This document shows, piece by piece, positions 10,753 to 20,927 of a stretch of DNA of 64,000 nt. A model generated the notes under the pieces. It was given only the letters and a program-made list of their open reading frames with translations, was not told the DNA's origin and did no database searches. Every line of letters starts with the position of its first letter. The stretch's first letter is position 1. The DNA is taken from assembly GCA_047285535.1 (NCBI GenBank), contig JBJBDC010000001.1, positions 1,344,136 to 1,408,135 of the forward strand. Direction: 5' to 3'. A program made the translations under genes and the position numbers. The DNA is from Synechococcus sp. Lineage in GTDB: Bacteria > Cyanobacteriota > Cyanobacteriia > PCC-6307 > Cyanobiaceae.

Positions 10753-10806
10753 GACGTTCAATCGAAAACCATTTGATCTTAAAAAGGAACCTGTTCGCGG
10801 CATCCC

Positions 10807-11769
10807 ATGGGATTTCTCCGCCGAGGGCTGCTGATGATCCTCCCTTTCGTCCTCTGGGGAACAGCCATGACTGCGATGGCACCGCTCGTCATGACTGGTG
10901 GGCCCATTCTTGTGGCCTGTTTGAGATTGCTTCCTGCAGGGATCGTAGTGATCGCAAGCGTTCCGCTTCTCGGACGCTCCTTAGCAATTGATTCCGCCGA
11001 TCGAGGATGGTTTCTCCTGTTCACCCTGATTGATGCCTTGCTGTTCCAGATTTGTCTAGCCCGTGGACTTGAAGGCACAGGAGCCGGCCTTGGGTCGGTC
11101 TTGATTGATTCCCAGCCTCTGATGGTGGCGCTCCTGGCCCGCTGGATTTTTTCCGAATCAATTAATCCCGTGGGTTGGCTGGGTTTAGTACTCGGTCTGG
11201 GGGGAATTGTTTGCCTTGGTGTTCCTCAACCGCTGCTTCAGCACTGGTGGCTATTAGGTGAGAGCGTTTCATTTAACTCTGATTGGCAGGCTGGAACTGG
11301 ATGGATGTTGGTCGCTGCCATTGCGATGGCGATCGGCACCGTGCTGAGTCGATACGCCTGCCGTCACAGTGATCCAGTTGCCGTCACGGGTTGGCACATG
11401 CTGCTGGGAGGGCTTCCACTTTTGGTTTGGCATGGCATCGACGAAGCATTCCCCTTCATTCCGCCTTGGTCCGCCCTTGCCTGGACGCAAATGGCTTATG
11501 CATCCCTGATGGGAAGCGCCTTGGCCTACGCACTATTTTTTTGGTTCGCAAGTCGTGAGGATCTCACCGGATTCACCACACTTGGATTTCTAACACCAGT
11601 TTTTGCACTTGCTTCTGGGGGTCTGCTGTTGGAGGAACGACTGAAAACCCTTCAATGGTTCGCTGTCGTTTTGGTCCTCCTATCGGTGGTGCTGGTCAGC
11701 CAGCGCAAGCGACTCTGGGAGCCACTTGCTTTCGTCAACGATCCTCAACAAAGCGATATCGGCGCATGA
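10807..11769 (+). CDS. DMT/EamA-family transporter
   Basis: About 10 TM helices in two EamA-like repeats (SQPLMVALLA; LTPVFALASG..LLEERL). Confidence 0.88.
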   Translation: MGFLRRGLLMILPFVLWGTAMTAMAPLVMTGGPILVACLRLLPAGIVVIASVPLLGRSLAIDSADRGWFLLFTLIDALLFQICLARGLEGTGAGLGSVLIDSQPLMVALLARWIFSESINPVGWLGLVLGLGGIVCLGVPQPLLQHWWLLGESVSFNSDWQAGTGWMLVAAIAMAIGTVLSRYACRHSDPVAVTGWHMLLGGLPLLVWHGIDEAFPFIPPWSALAWTQMAYASLMGSALAYALFFWFASREDLTGFTTLGFLTPVFALASGGLLLEERLKTLQWFAVVLVLLSVVLVSQRKRLWEPLAFVNDPQQSDIGA

Positions 11770-12878
11770 GCAAAGCTCCCCTTGATTTAATTCTGGTGAG
11801 TACACCCATCGGTCACCTAGGCAGCGGCCGCGGTGGAGGAGTTGAACTGACTCTCAATTCATTATTAAAAGGCCTTGTCACAAGGGGGCATCGGATCACC
11901 CTCGTCGCCCCGGATGAATCAGTTATTCCCCATGACTGCGATGGCCTCAAAGTGCACACCGCCAGGGGTGACGATCAACCCAGCTGGCAGCATGCGGATT
12001 TTGATGCTTCCATCCAAATCCCTTTTGATGGAGTCCTTCCCCGTCTCTGGGATCTTGCGCTGACTTTGGGAGAAGGAGCAGATGCTGTTATCAACTTCAG
12101 CTACGACTGGTTGCCTCTCTGGCTCACCCCCCATGTGAAGGCATCGGTATTTCATTTAGTGAGTATGGGTTCTGTATCTCGAGCGATGGACGATGCCGTC
12201 TCACAATTGGCTAGCTGGGACCAGAGACGACTGTGTTTCCATACCCATCGGCAGGCCGAAGATTTTTCATTGCCCAATGAGCCTTCAATTGTTGGGAATG
12301 GCTTTGACTTAAGCCGTTACCAGCTGCAGCTGAACCCCCTAGGCCCTTTGGGTTGGGTCGGGCGCGTCGCGCCAGAAAAGGGGCTCGAAGATGCTGCTGC
12401 GGTCGCTGCAGCAATGGGTGAGTCACTCTTGGTTTGGGGTCTAGTGGAAGATCCTCGGTATGCCGAAGAGGTTGAGGCTTCCGTCCCTGCAGGCACCCTT
12501 GAATGGCGTGGTTTCCAGCCCACAGATTCACTTCAAAAAGAACTGGGAGGCTGCCGCGCCCTGCTGAACACTCCGAAGTGGAATGAGGCTTATGGGAATG
12601 TGGTGATGGAAGCGATGGCCTGTGGTGTACCAGTGGTGGCCTATGACCGTGGGGGTCCAGGCGAACTGATTCAAAATGGTGTAACTGGTTGGCTGGTGCC
12701 ACCAGACGATGTTGAAGCCTTAACGGAGGCCAGTCGCAAGATCGAGCAGATTGATCGTCGTGCTTGCCGCAATTGGGTGGAACAGTCTGCGAGCCATCAA
12801 GTGTTTGCACAACGCATTGAACACTGGCTCAGACAGGGACTCACAGCAGGTGATAGCACGATCGCCCCATGCCGATGA
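11766..12878 (+). CDS. Glycosyltransferase family 4 (GT-B)
   Basis: GGVE near N-terminus, GRVAPEKG, EAYGNVVMEAMACGVPVV; ATG at 11766 overlaps the EamA stop (ATGA). Confidence 0.9.
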   Translation: MSKAPLDLILVSTPIGHLGSGRGGGVELTLNSLLKGLVTRGHRITLVAPDESVIPHDCDGLKVHTARGDDQPSWQHADFDASIQIPFDGVLPRLWDLALTLGEGADAVINFSYDWLPLWLTPHVKASVFHLVSMGSVSRAMDDAVSQLASWDQRRLCFHTHRQAEDFSLPNEPSIVGNGFDLSRYQLQLNPLGPLGWVGRVAPEKGLEDAAAVAAAMGESLLVWGLVEDPRYAEEVEASVPAGTLEWRGFQPTDSLQKELGGCRALLNTPKWNEAYGNVVMEAMACGVPVVAYDRGGPGELIQNGVTGWLVPPDDVEALTEASRKIEQIDRRACRNWVEQSASHQVFAQRIEHWLRQGLTAGDSTIAPCR

Positions 12879-14719
12879 TCACTGTCCCCACGACGAAACT
12901 CATGTCAACAAGACAGCGAATCCGAGGGCTCTTGTTGATTTTCACCCTTGGTATTGCCTTGTGCTGCTGGCAACTTGGCGCTACTGGCTTAGTGGATGAG
13001 ACACCACCGTTATTTGCGGCAGCTGGTCGTGCCATGGCTAGCACCGGTGACTGGTTAACCCCTCGAGTGAACGGATTGCCCAGATTCGACAAACCTCCAC
13101 TGGTGTATTGGCTGATGGGCCTGGGCTATGCCCTTCCAGGCAACGAGCTCTGGGATCCACTCGGAACATGGGCCGGCAGGCTGCCCTCCGCCTTGGCGAG
13201 TGTGGCGACAATGCTGATGCTCGGAGACACCTTGATGGTTCACCCGGCAGCAAATGACAATTACCCTCGCCGTACTGGAGTTGCAGCCGCACTGGCCTTC
13301 TCGCTGTCCCCCTTGGTACAGCTATGGAGTCGTACGGCTGTAAGCGATGCCTTGCTCAGCGGCACCCTAGCCCTGAGCCTTCTTTGCCAATGGCGGTGCT
13401 ATGCCAGCGGCAATTCTCGGCGTTGGTGGCTCGCCTGGCTGCTTCTCGCATTTGCCGTTCTGACCAAAGGACCAGTCGCGGTTGTCCTGAGCGGCATGAC
13501 CCTCTTTCTTTTTTCATTACTCCGACGAGATTTCACTGGAGTTTGGCGATGCATCAAACCAGTTCGTGGATTAGCTCTCACAGCACTCGTGAGTCTTCCT
13601 TGGTATGTCGCAGAGTTGTTGGTCGAAGGACAACCTTTTTGGGACAGCTTTTTTGGGTATCACAATCTGCAACGCTTCACTTCTGTTGTGAACAGCCACC
13701 TACAGCCATGGTGGTTTTTTGGAGTGATTCTGGTTGTGGCATCACTACCATTCACACCTTTTTTACTTCTTGGACTGGGGCAAACCCTGAACTCAATCGA
13801 TGTGAAAACTCAGTTGAAAACGTTCAAACAAAAGGAAGTTTTTTCTTTGCAGAGTTTTGCCAGCTGCTGGCTTTTGTCGGTCCTTCTGCTCTTCACCACT
13901 GCTGCCACAAAACTTCCTAGCTACTGGCTGCCTGCGACGCCAGCAGCTGCCATCCTCATTGCATTAGCCGCAGGTCCAAACTCACGACGAGGACTCCTCT
14001 CAACATGGACGTGGGGCACAACAGTTTTACTCACTCTGCTTTTATCCATTGGTTTCTGGAGTTCTTCGATCTGGATCCCTCTGATCAATGACCCCGAAAT
14101 GCCATCACTGCCAGGAGAGCTCTTGGCAAGCCGACTGGTCTTGAGGGCTGCCGTTTGTTTTTCGACTGCTGGCGCTTTAGGGCTTTGGCTGATCAGGAGG
14201 CCTGCACCAGGTCGCTTATTGGCCATGCAGGGGCCGTTGGTGGTTTTCCAGCTGGTTGCCCTAATTCCGATGATTGATTTGGGCGATCGGGTTCGCCATC
14301 TTCCCGTTCGTAACGCTGCAGCAACCATGTTGCATGTCCAAAAACCATCAGAGCCATTGGCAATGGTGGGAGCAATGAAACCTTCTCTTCACTTCTATAC
14401 GAAGCAAGTGATTGTCTATGAAGGACGCTCTGATTCAGCCCTCGTCAACCTTTCTGATCGGTTGCAGAACGAACAGCGTCGTGGTTGGCAGGGCCATCCC
14501 ATCGATAGCAAGGAAGGATCTCCCACAGTTCTGATCGTGATTGATTCCGGCACATTGCAACGCTCTTACTGGCAAGGACTCGATCCAGAAGTACTTGGCC
14601 AATTCGGTATCTACAACGTTTTGCGGATTAAAAGAGCCCGTCTGAAGCAGCGAGCTGCCGAGCTCCAAGCCGATGGAGTCACGCTGACTTGGAAGACCCC
14701 TCGACCAGAGCGTTTTTAA
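12875..14719 (+). CDS. ArnT/PMT-like GT-C membrane glycosyltransferase
   Basis: DET..F..A.R.M..GDW.TP, RFDKPPLVYW, LTKGP, KLPSYWLP; ATGA overlap with the GT4 stop. Confidence 0.88.
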   Translation: MITVPTTKLMSTRQRIRGLLLIFTLGIALCCWQLGATGLVDETPPLFAAAGRAMASTGDWLTPRVNGLPRFDKPPLVYWLMGLGYALPGNELWDPLGTWAGRLPSALASVATMLMLGDTLMVHPAANDNYPRRTGVAAALAFSLSPLVQLWSRTAVSDALLSGTLALSLLCQWRCYASGNSRRWWLAWLLLAFAVLTKGPVAVVLSGMTLFLFSLLRRDFTGVWRCIKPVRGLALTALVSLPWYVAELLVEGQPFWDSFFGYHNLQRFTSVVNSHLQPWWFFGVILVVASLPFTPFLLLGLGQTLNSIDVKTQLKTFKQKEVFSLQSFASCWLLSVLLLFTTAATKLPSYWLPATPAAAILIALAAGPNSRRGLLSTWTWGTTVLLTLLLSIGFWSSSIWIPLINDPEMPSLPGELLASRLVLRAAVCFSTAGALGLWLIRRPAPGRLLAMQGPLVVFQLVALIPMIDLGDRVRHLPVRNAAATMLHVQKPSEPLAMVGAMKPSLHFYTKQVIVYEGRSDSALVNLSDRLQNEQRRGWQGHPIDSKEGSPTVLIVIDSGTLQRSYWQGLDPEVLGQFGIYNVLRIKRARLKQRAAELQADGVTLTWKTPRPERF

Positions 14720-15281
14720 CTGACTGATTCTTCTCGGCTGGCAAGGAAAGTTGCACCCTGCGACAAAAGCCGCAGTACCCCCAGAGAGCCATTTCACCGG
14801 CCGGAGCTGGACTTTTGCAACGTGGACATGAAGCCATCCCATGAACATCAGTCCGGCTCGGATGCCGAGCCCAGACACTCTCTTCAGTTTCCAACTGCGA
14901 AGAGGAAGAGGGATAGTGCCGCTGGATCCGCAGATCCCGAACGACATGACCAGCACTTCGTATGGCCGCCAACAGCTGAGGCTTGCTGTACTGCAAAGCC
15001 TGACGCCATTGCGGATGGCGCGCCCCCACCGTGAGCACGCCATGACTCAAATTCAAGGGTCTGCAGTGATCAGATAATGGACTGCCCGCCAGTTGAGCCC
15101 AGTCCTGCCATAACGCAGCCAGTGATCCCTCCCTCCGCCACGTACTCCGTAGAGATTGAAGACACTCAAAAAGAGGCTGCGCCTGAGCAGGCTTGGGCTG
15201 CAGCAACACCTCACCCCGTCCAAAACGGCGCCTTTGAGATCGAGGTGCTCTACCCATCACATCACCCAATTGTTTGAACAC
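14679..15281 (-). CDS. DUF721 (DciA-like) protein with C-terminal Zn ribbon
   Basis: W..LAG..LSDHCRP...GVLTVGARHPQWRQALQY pattern; CPRC...CGFC. Confidence 0.75.
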   Translation of the reverse strand: MFKQLGDVMGRAPRSQRRRFGRGEVLLQPKPAQAQPLFECLQSLRSTWRREGSLAALWQDWAQLAGSPLSDHCRPLNLSHGVLTVGARHPQWRQALQYSKPQLLAAIRSAGHVVRDLRIQRHYPSSSSQLETEESVWARHPSRTDVHGMASCPRCKSPAPAGEMALWGYCGFCRRVQLSLPAEKNQSVKNALVEGSSKSA

Positions 15282-15335
15282 TAGTTGGGGAAGTCCGTTC
15301 CTCTCGCTAATCTCTGGCTCTGCTCACCCCGATCC

Positions 15336-16103
15336 ATGGGTTTCTTCGACCGGCTCAGCCGTCTACTGCGCGCCAATCTCAATGATCTGGTTAGCAAAGC
15401 GGAGGATCCAGTCAAGATCCTCGATCAGGCTGTCGCCGACATGCAGGACGACCTGGTCAAGCTCCGACAGGCCGTTGCCATGGCCATTGCCAGTCAGAAA
15501 AGGTTGAAAAATCAAGCCGAGCAAGCTGAGTCGCAAGCCCGTACTTGGTACGAGCGCGCGGAATTGGCACTCAAGAAAAACGAAGATGATCTAGCGCGGG
15601 AAGCCCTCACCCGTCGCAAGACTTTTCAAGAAACGGCGACTGCTCTCGGCAAGCAAGTTCAGAATCAGGACGCTCAGGTTGAGACACTTAAGAAAAGCTT
15701 GGTAGCACTTGAAGGCAAAATTGCCGAAGCTCGCACCAAAAAAGACATGCTCAAGGCCAGGGCTCAAGCGGCCCAGGCCCAACAGCAACTTCAGAATGCC
15801 GTTGGCAGCATGGGCACTAATTCAGCCATGTCTGCCTTTGAGCGAATGGAAGACAAGGTTCAATCTCTGGAGGCCAGTAGCCAAGCAGCAGCTGAACTTG
15901 CAGGTGCTGACCTCGACAGTCAATTCGCAGCGCTTGAGGGTAGCGATGATGTGGACGATGAGTTAGCAGCTCTCAGGAAGCAAGTCGAGGGAAGTGCAGA
16001 CAAGGCAGCCCTTCCTGCAGCTGATTCGGAGGTCAAACCAGTCAAGGTGGAAGAAGTAGATGCTGACCTTGAGGAGCTGCGGCGATCCATCGACAAACTG
16101 TGA
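15336..16103 (+). CDS. vipp1: PspA/IM30 family protein (Vipp1)
   Basis: MGFFDRLSRLLRANLN..KAEDPVKILDQ; extra C-terminal helix VDADLEELRR typical of Vipp1. Confidence 0.88.
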   Translation: MGFFDRLSRLLRANLNDLVSKAEDPVKILDQAVADMQDDLVKLRQAVAMAIASQKRLKNQAEQAESQARTWYERAELALKKNEDDLAREALTRRKTFQETATALGKQVQNQDAQVETLKKSLVALEGKIAEARTKKDMLKARAQAAQAQQQLQNAVGSMGTNSAMSAFERMEDKVQSLEASSQAAAELAGADLDSQFAALEGSDDVDDELAALRKQVEGSADKAALPAADSEVKPVKVEEVDADLEELRRSIDKL

Positions 16104-16160
16104 TGAAAGACCCCCTAGAGCAGACGAGTCCATAGGATTCATTGAGTTCAAAAACTTTCC

Positions 16161-16487
16161 GTGTCTTCAGCTGTTTCCGACTTCACAGATGCAGCTTTCG
16201 AGCAGGAGGTACTGCATGCATCCACAACCGTTTTGGTTGATTTCTGGGCTCCGTGGTGTGGTCCTTGTCGACTGATGTCGCCGTTGATGGACTGGGCCTC
16301 TGAGACCTACTCAGGACGTTTATTGGTTGGCAAGGTTGAAGTGGATAGCAATCCCATAACCCGTGACAATTTCAAAGTTCAAGGCATCCCGACCCTGATC
16401 TTGTTCCGCAACGGAAAAGAATTAAGCCGGCATGAAGGGGCTATCGCCCGCCCTCAGCTGCAAGCCTTCTTGGATGCTCACTTCTAA
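16161..16487 (+). CDS. Thioredoxin
   Basis: WCGPC active site, GIPTL. Confidence 0.95.
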   Translation: MSSAVSDFTDAAFEQEVLHASTTVLVDFWAPWCGPCRLMSPLMDWASETYSGRLLVGKVEVDSNPITRDNFKVQGIPTLILFRNGKELSRHEGAIARPQLQAFLDAHF

Positions 16488-17667
16488 GCGCCTTGCTCGA
16501 CTAGGGAGCGGAATTTTTGATCGCAACGATCAGCGCAAGCAGCTGTACAAACTTGGGGCTTCGCACCAGCACCAACCTCTGATCGACCTCTCCCTTGGAT
16601 GCACAGATCTGCTTCCCCCCCCAGCGGCAATAAAAGCAATGGGGAACCTCCTAGAAGAGCCAAGAAGTGCGTCTTACTGCTTGCATGCAGCTACAGCTTC
16701 ATTTCGGGACGCGGCCTCTGCCTGGTGTGAACATCGTCTTGGTGTGACAGTGGATCCTGAACGCGAAGTGCTTCTCCTCATTGGATCTCAAGAAGGCACC
16801 GCCCATTTCCCGATGGCCGTTTTAGATCCTGGGGATTCTGCTCTGATATTTGATCCCTCGTACCCATCCCATCGTGGAGGCCTTGAACTGGCTGATGCAT
16901 CAATTCAAACGCTGCCTCTGGAATTGCATCGAAATTGGGCTCCTGATTTCAACGCCATCACCCCTGCTCAATGGGACCAACTACGGCTCTTGATGTTTGG
17001 TTTCCCCCATAACCCCACAGCCTCTGTTGGTCAACAAGATTGGCTTGATGAGGCAATGAGTCGTGCCCAACACCATGATCTGGTGGTCGCCCATGACAAC
17101 CCTTATTTGGATCTAGCTCTTGAGGGAGAGGCTCCAGCACTGCTTCGATCTCCCCACTGGCGCGAACGCGGGATCGAGTTCTTTTCTCTCTCCAAGGGAT
17201 GGTGTCTCGGTGGGTTTCGCCTGGGATTCGCGATCGGCGCTGAATCACTGATCAATGCACTGCGACAACTCAAGAACGTCATTGATTTCAATCAATGCCA
17301 GGCCCTGCAGCAGGGTGCTGTTTGTGCTCTTTCCCAACATGCTGATTGGCCTGCCAGTCTTTTGCCTATTTATCGTGAGCGGCGGGATCGGACGCGCAAA
17401 GCGCTGTCGTGCCTTGGATGGTCTATCCCTTCTCCGTCAATGGCTCTTTATCTCTGGATGCCTCTTCCTCCCTGGGCTCAAGCCAAAGGATGGGGGGACG
17501 AGCAGATGGCCGCTGAGCTTCTCCAACAATGTGGGGTTGCCTTGACTCCGGGATCTGGATTTGGAGAGGCTGCAAGTCATTGGCTTCGCCTTGCCTTGGT
17601 CCGGCCAGTTGCTGAACTTGAAGATGCCGTGAAGCGACTTTCGCCTTGGTGGCACCAACAGTGCTGA
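16474..17667 (+). CDS. PLP-dependent aminotransferase class I/II (LL-DAP aminotransferase-like)
   Basis: GSQEG, FPHNPT, DNPY, SLSKGWCLGGFRLG. Confidence 0.85.
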   Translation: MLTSKRLARLGSGIFDRNDQRKQLYKLGASHQHQPLIDLSLGCTDLLPPPAAIKAMGNLLEEPRSASYCLHAATASFRDAASAWCEHRLGVTVDPEREVLLLIGSQEGTAHFPMAVLDPGDSALIFDPSYPSHRGGLELADASIQTLPLELHRNWAPDFNAITPAQWDQLRLLMFGFPHNPTASVGQQDWLDEAMSRAQHHDLVVAHDNPYLDLALEGEAPALLRSPHWRERGIEFFSLSKGWCLGGFRLGFAIGAESLINALRQLKNVIDFNQCQALQQGAVCALSQHADWPASLLPIYRERRDRTRKALSCLGWSIPSPSMALYLWMPLPPWAQAKGWGDEQMAAELLQQCGVALTPGSGFGEAASHWLRLALVRPVAELEDAVKRLSPWWHQQC

Positions 17668-18431
17668 GGCGGCGACACGGCGCAGGATCATTGGTCCATA
17701 GCCTTCGTCGACAGAATGCTGGTCTTTGGAGACTTCAACACAAGACCGTTTGCTCCAGTACAGAATTGGAGCTGAATCATTGGCTGAACGTTGTTCCTTG
17801 GAAGGGGGATTATCCAAGGGCCGTATTCGCTGATCATCAGATCAGAGGTCAGGGTCAGCGCGGACGATGTTGGGAATCGCCCCATGGTGGGGTCTGGCTC
17901 AGCGCTGCTCTTCCGTGGGACCAACGCAATGGTCATGCCGACATGCTTGGCTTGATGGTGGCTTTGGCCCTAACTGAACGCTTGGAAAAGGAGGGGCTGG
18001 ACGTGCGGATCAAGTGGCCCAACGATCTACTCATTCATTCCTTCAAAGTGGCTGGACTATTACCTCGCCTGATCTTTCGTGGAGATCGATTGCGCATGGT
18101 GCGCATTGGTATCGGCATGAATGTTGCCAATCCCGTCCCGATTGGTGCGATTTCACTTCGCCGTCTGCTGCCCCGAGGACAAGCCCGTCGCGATGTTTGG
18201 ACTGTGGAGGTGTTGCAAGCTTTAGAAAGAGTTTCTCAACTGGCAGAGCAGCCAGACTTTGTGCGCCTTGCAATAGAAAATCGCCTTTGGGCCCGTCAAG
18301 TGCAGGACCCTAAGAGTGGAGAAATTTGGGATATCAAAGGGTTAGGGACAAATGGTGCTCTTCAACTCTGCCAAGGAACCCGGACTACCAGCTGGACCCG
18401 CTCAGCTGATCTCAAGAGTGAGCATCTTTAA
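17646..18431 (+). CDS. birA: Biotin--protein ligase (no HTH domain)
   Basis: Q..GQGQRGRCWESP, KWPND, KVAGLL, GIGMNV. Confidence 0.9.
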   Translation: MVAPTVLRRRHGAGSLVHSLRRQNAGLWRLQHKTVCSSTELELNHWLNVVPWKGDYPRAVFADHQIRGQGQRGRCWESPHGGVWLSAALPWDQRNGHADMLGLMVALALTERLEKEGLDVRIKWPNDLLIHSFKVAGLLPRLIFRGDRLRMVRIGIGMNVANPVPIGAISLRRLLPRGQARRDVWTVEVLQALERVSQLAEQPDFVRLAIENRLWARQVQDPKSGEIWDIKGLGTNGALQLCQGTRTTSWTRSADLKSEHL

Positions 18432-18460
18432 AGTTCGATGATCAAAATTCTTAAGATCAA

Positions 18461-19408
18461 GTGGCTCTGCGCTTGCTTGTTGCATCAATACTGCTGACCC
18501 TACCGTCTGCTCCTCGTAGCCCTGAAGATGTTCTTGCTCCGCAAGCCCCGTTACTGCCGCCAGCTCAACTGAAGCTCAAGCCACCCCAAACTTTCGATCG
18601 GTCGCTCGAATCCCTGGAGCGCAATCGAATCATCACACCGCAGGAGCGTCGAACACTCGAAAGTGGATCAGCCGCTCGGCCCATTGATTTAAAGCGTTTA
18701 AACCAGGCTTGCAGAAGTGGCGCTCTGTCAAAGAGGGAATGTGCAACTGGCGTTGCATTTCGAGGACGTTCCAATCGATCAACTTCATCTCCATCCATTC
18801 GACGTCTCGCGCCCATTTCAGTTCCTGTGTCCGCTCTTCTTGCGGGAGCCGGCAGAGGCTTTCGCTTGGAGTCTGTCTTCTCCGTCACACCGAGACCCCT
18901 TGCAATTTCAGGCAATGGTGATCAACGATTGCTCTTCCCAATCATCGGCTCTGCGATCACAACCAGTGAATTCGGAATGCGACAGCATCCTGTAATTGGT
19001 CGTTGGTTAATGCACGCCGGGAAAGATCTAGCCGCTCCTGAAGGAACTCCAGTCGTTGCAGCTTTATCAGGAACGGTCATGAGTAGTGGCCTGGCAGGTG
19101 GTTATGGCATTGCTGTTGAACTAGAACACAACCCACCTCAACGACGCACGTTGTATGGCCATCTCTCAGAGATCTATGTGAAACCTGGACAGTACGTCCA
19201 ACAGGGCGAAGTAATAGGACGGGTGGGCAGTACTGGACTAAGTACTGGACCTCATCTACATTTTGAGCTGAGGGTTAAACAAGGTACAGGATGGGTTGCG
19301 AAAGATCCAGGAGAATTAGACCTGATTCCTTTAGCAAACTCTGGTACTGACGCAGTTTCTTTACTGATTGGGCAACTGATGAACAGCTTTGAACGCAAAC
19401 AAACCTAA
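18461..19408 (+). CDS. M23-family metallopeptidase, exported
   Basis: HAGKD (HxxxD), YGHL, GSTGLSTGPHLHFE. Confidence 0.92.
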   Translation: MALRLLVASILLTLPSAPRSPEDVLAPQAPLLPPAQLKLKPPQTFDRSLESLERNRIITPQERRTLESGSAARPIDLKRLNQACRSGALSKRECATGVAFRGRSNRSTSSPSIRRLAPISVPVSALLAGAGRGFRLESVFSVTPRPLAISGNGDQRLLFPIIGSAITTSEFGMRQHPVIGRWLMHAGKDLAAPEGTPVVAALSGTVMSSGLAGGYGIAVELEHNPPQRRTLYGHLSEIYVKPGQYVQQGEVIGRVGSTGLSTGPHLHFELRVKQGTGWVAKDPGELDLIPLANSGTDAVSLLIGQLMNSFERKQT

Positions 19409-19414
19409 ATTCAC

Positions 19415-20158
19415 TCAAGAGCCTGAAGGCACGCTTTCATCCCTAAAGATAAAACCAACTCCGCGAACAGTATGAATTAAATTAGGTTGATCATTGAGTT
19501 CTATTTTTTGCCTTAAGTAACGTATATACACATCAAGCAAATTATCATCTCCATAAAAGTCTTCCCCCCAGACACCCTTCATAATTTCTGCTCGCTCAAG
19601 CACTTTCCCGCTTCCGCTCATAAGGAAATACAGCAGTTCATATTCTTTGACAGAGAGTTGGATCTTCTTTCCAAAGCGATGGACATCTCGCGTATTGGCA
19701 TCCAGAGTCAACCCACCCACTTCAAGAAATGTTCTCTCTGCGCCTTGCCCTTCCCCTGATCCTACAAATGAATGAGCTCGACGTTGCATGGCCCGCAACC
19801 GAGCCATTAATTCTTCAATAGAGAAAGGCTTAACCAAATAGTCGTCGACACCTGCATCAAGAGCCTTGACACGATCTGCAATGTCATCGTGACCAGTCAG
19901 CATCAGAATCGGAGTGTTGATGCCACTACTGCGAATTCTCTGGCAAATGTCTACGCCTGAGAAATCCGGAAGGTTCCAATCCAAAACAATCAAATCGGGC
20001 TCTGGATGACTTCTCGCTTTGATTAATCCGGTTGCCCCGTCAGAAGCGACCTCCACTTCATAGCCCTCAACGTCCAGCTCAAGACGCAACAGCTCTATCA
20101 AGCGGACTTCATCATCCACAAGAAGAATGCGCTTCTTTTGATCAGAGGTTTGGCTCAA
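19415..20158 (-). CDS. OmpR-family response regulator
   Basis: Receiver DDE, LDWNLP, LTG, KPF; winged helix VYIRYLRQK..IHTVRGVGF. Confidence 0.93.
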   Translation of the reverse strand: MSQTSDQKKRILLVDDEVRLIELLRLELDVEGYEVEVASDGATGLIKARSHPEPDLIVLDWNLPDFSGVDICQRIRSSGINTPILMLTGHDDIADRVKALDAGVDDYLVKPFSIEELMARLRAMQRRAHSFVGSGEGQGAERTFLEVGGLTLDANTRDVHRFGKKIQLSVKEYELLYFLMSGSGKVLERAEIMKGVWGEDFYGDDNLLDVYIRYLRQKIELNDQPNLIHTVRGVGFIFRDESVPSGS

Positions 20159-20216
20159 GGGGCCATTGACAGCCTGCGTCTATTTTACGAGGGAGAGGAA
20201 CCCTCAGTCCTCATGT

Positions 20217-20927
20217 TCAATCGTTTTGTTCCACTCTCTCAACCTTGCCGTCGCGAAAGTGGATCACTCGCTGGGCACGAGCTGCCACATCATCTTCATG
20301 AGTCACCAGAACCAGAGTGATGCCTTGTGCGTGAAGCTCATCAAAAAGGTTGAGAACATCGGTTGTCGTTCGTGAATCCAGGGCTCCAGTGGGTTCATCA
20401 GCCAGGAGAAGTGCTGGCTTGTTAATAATCGCTCTAGCAATCGCCACCCGCTGCTGCTGCCCACCAGAAAGCTGGTTAGGCCGATTATCCATCCTGTTTT
20501 CGAGACCAACCTGTTCAAGGGCCTCAGTCGCCCTTTGCACGCGTGCTGAAGCAGGAAGACCTGCATAGACCATGGGCAACATCACATTCTCCAGTGCCGT
20601 TGCATGTGGGAGGAGATGGAACTGCTGAAAGACAAAACCAAGCTCTTGATTGCGCAGATCCGCCAAGGCATCGTCATCAAGCCGTTCAACTGCGATGCCA
20701 TTCAGGCGATAGGAGCCACTGGTGGGTCGGTCCAAACAACCGAGAACATTCATGGCTGTGCTTTTGCCTGATCCACTTGCACCCATCACAGCCAGATAAT
20801 CACCCTGGAAAACATCAAGATCGAGCCCATCAAGAGCTTTGACCTCAGCCTCCCCTACCCCATAGATCTTGCTGACATCACAAAGATGAGCCACAGAATG
20901 AGGACTTTCATGAAAGCGATCAGCCAA
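20217..20927 (-). CDS. ABC transporter ATP-binding protein (LolD/MacB-like)
   Basis: [34 protein letters not shown]; start uncertain (TTG at 20927 overlapping the ndhB stop, or track start 20951). Confidence 0.9.
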   Translation of the reverse strand: MADRFHESPHSVAHLCDVSKIYGVGEAEVKALDGLDLDVFQGDYLAVMGASGSGKSTAMNVLGCLDRPTSGSYRLNGIAVERLDDDALADLRNQELGFVFQQFHLLPHATALENVMLPMVYAGLPASARVQRATEALEQVGLENRMDNRPNQLSGGQQQRVAIARAIINKPALLLADEPTGALDSRTTTDVLNLFDELHAQGITLVLVTHEDDVAARAQRVIHFRDGKVERVEQND

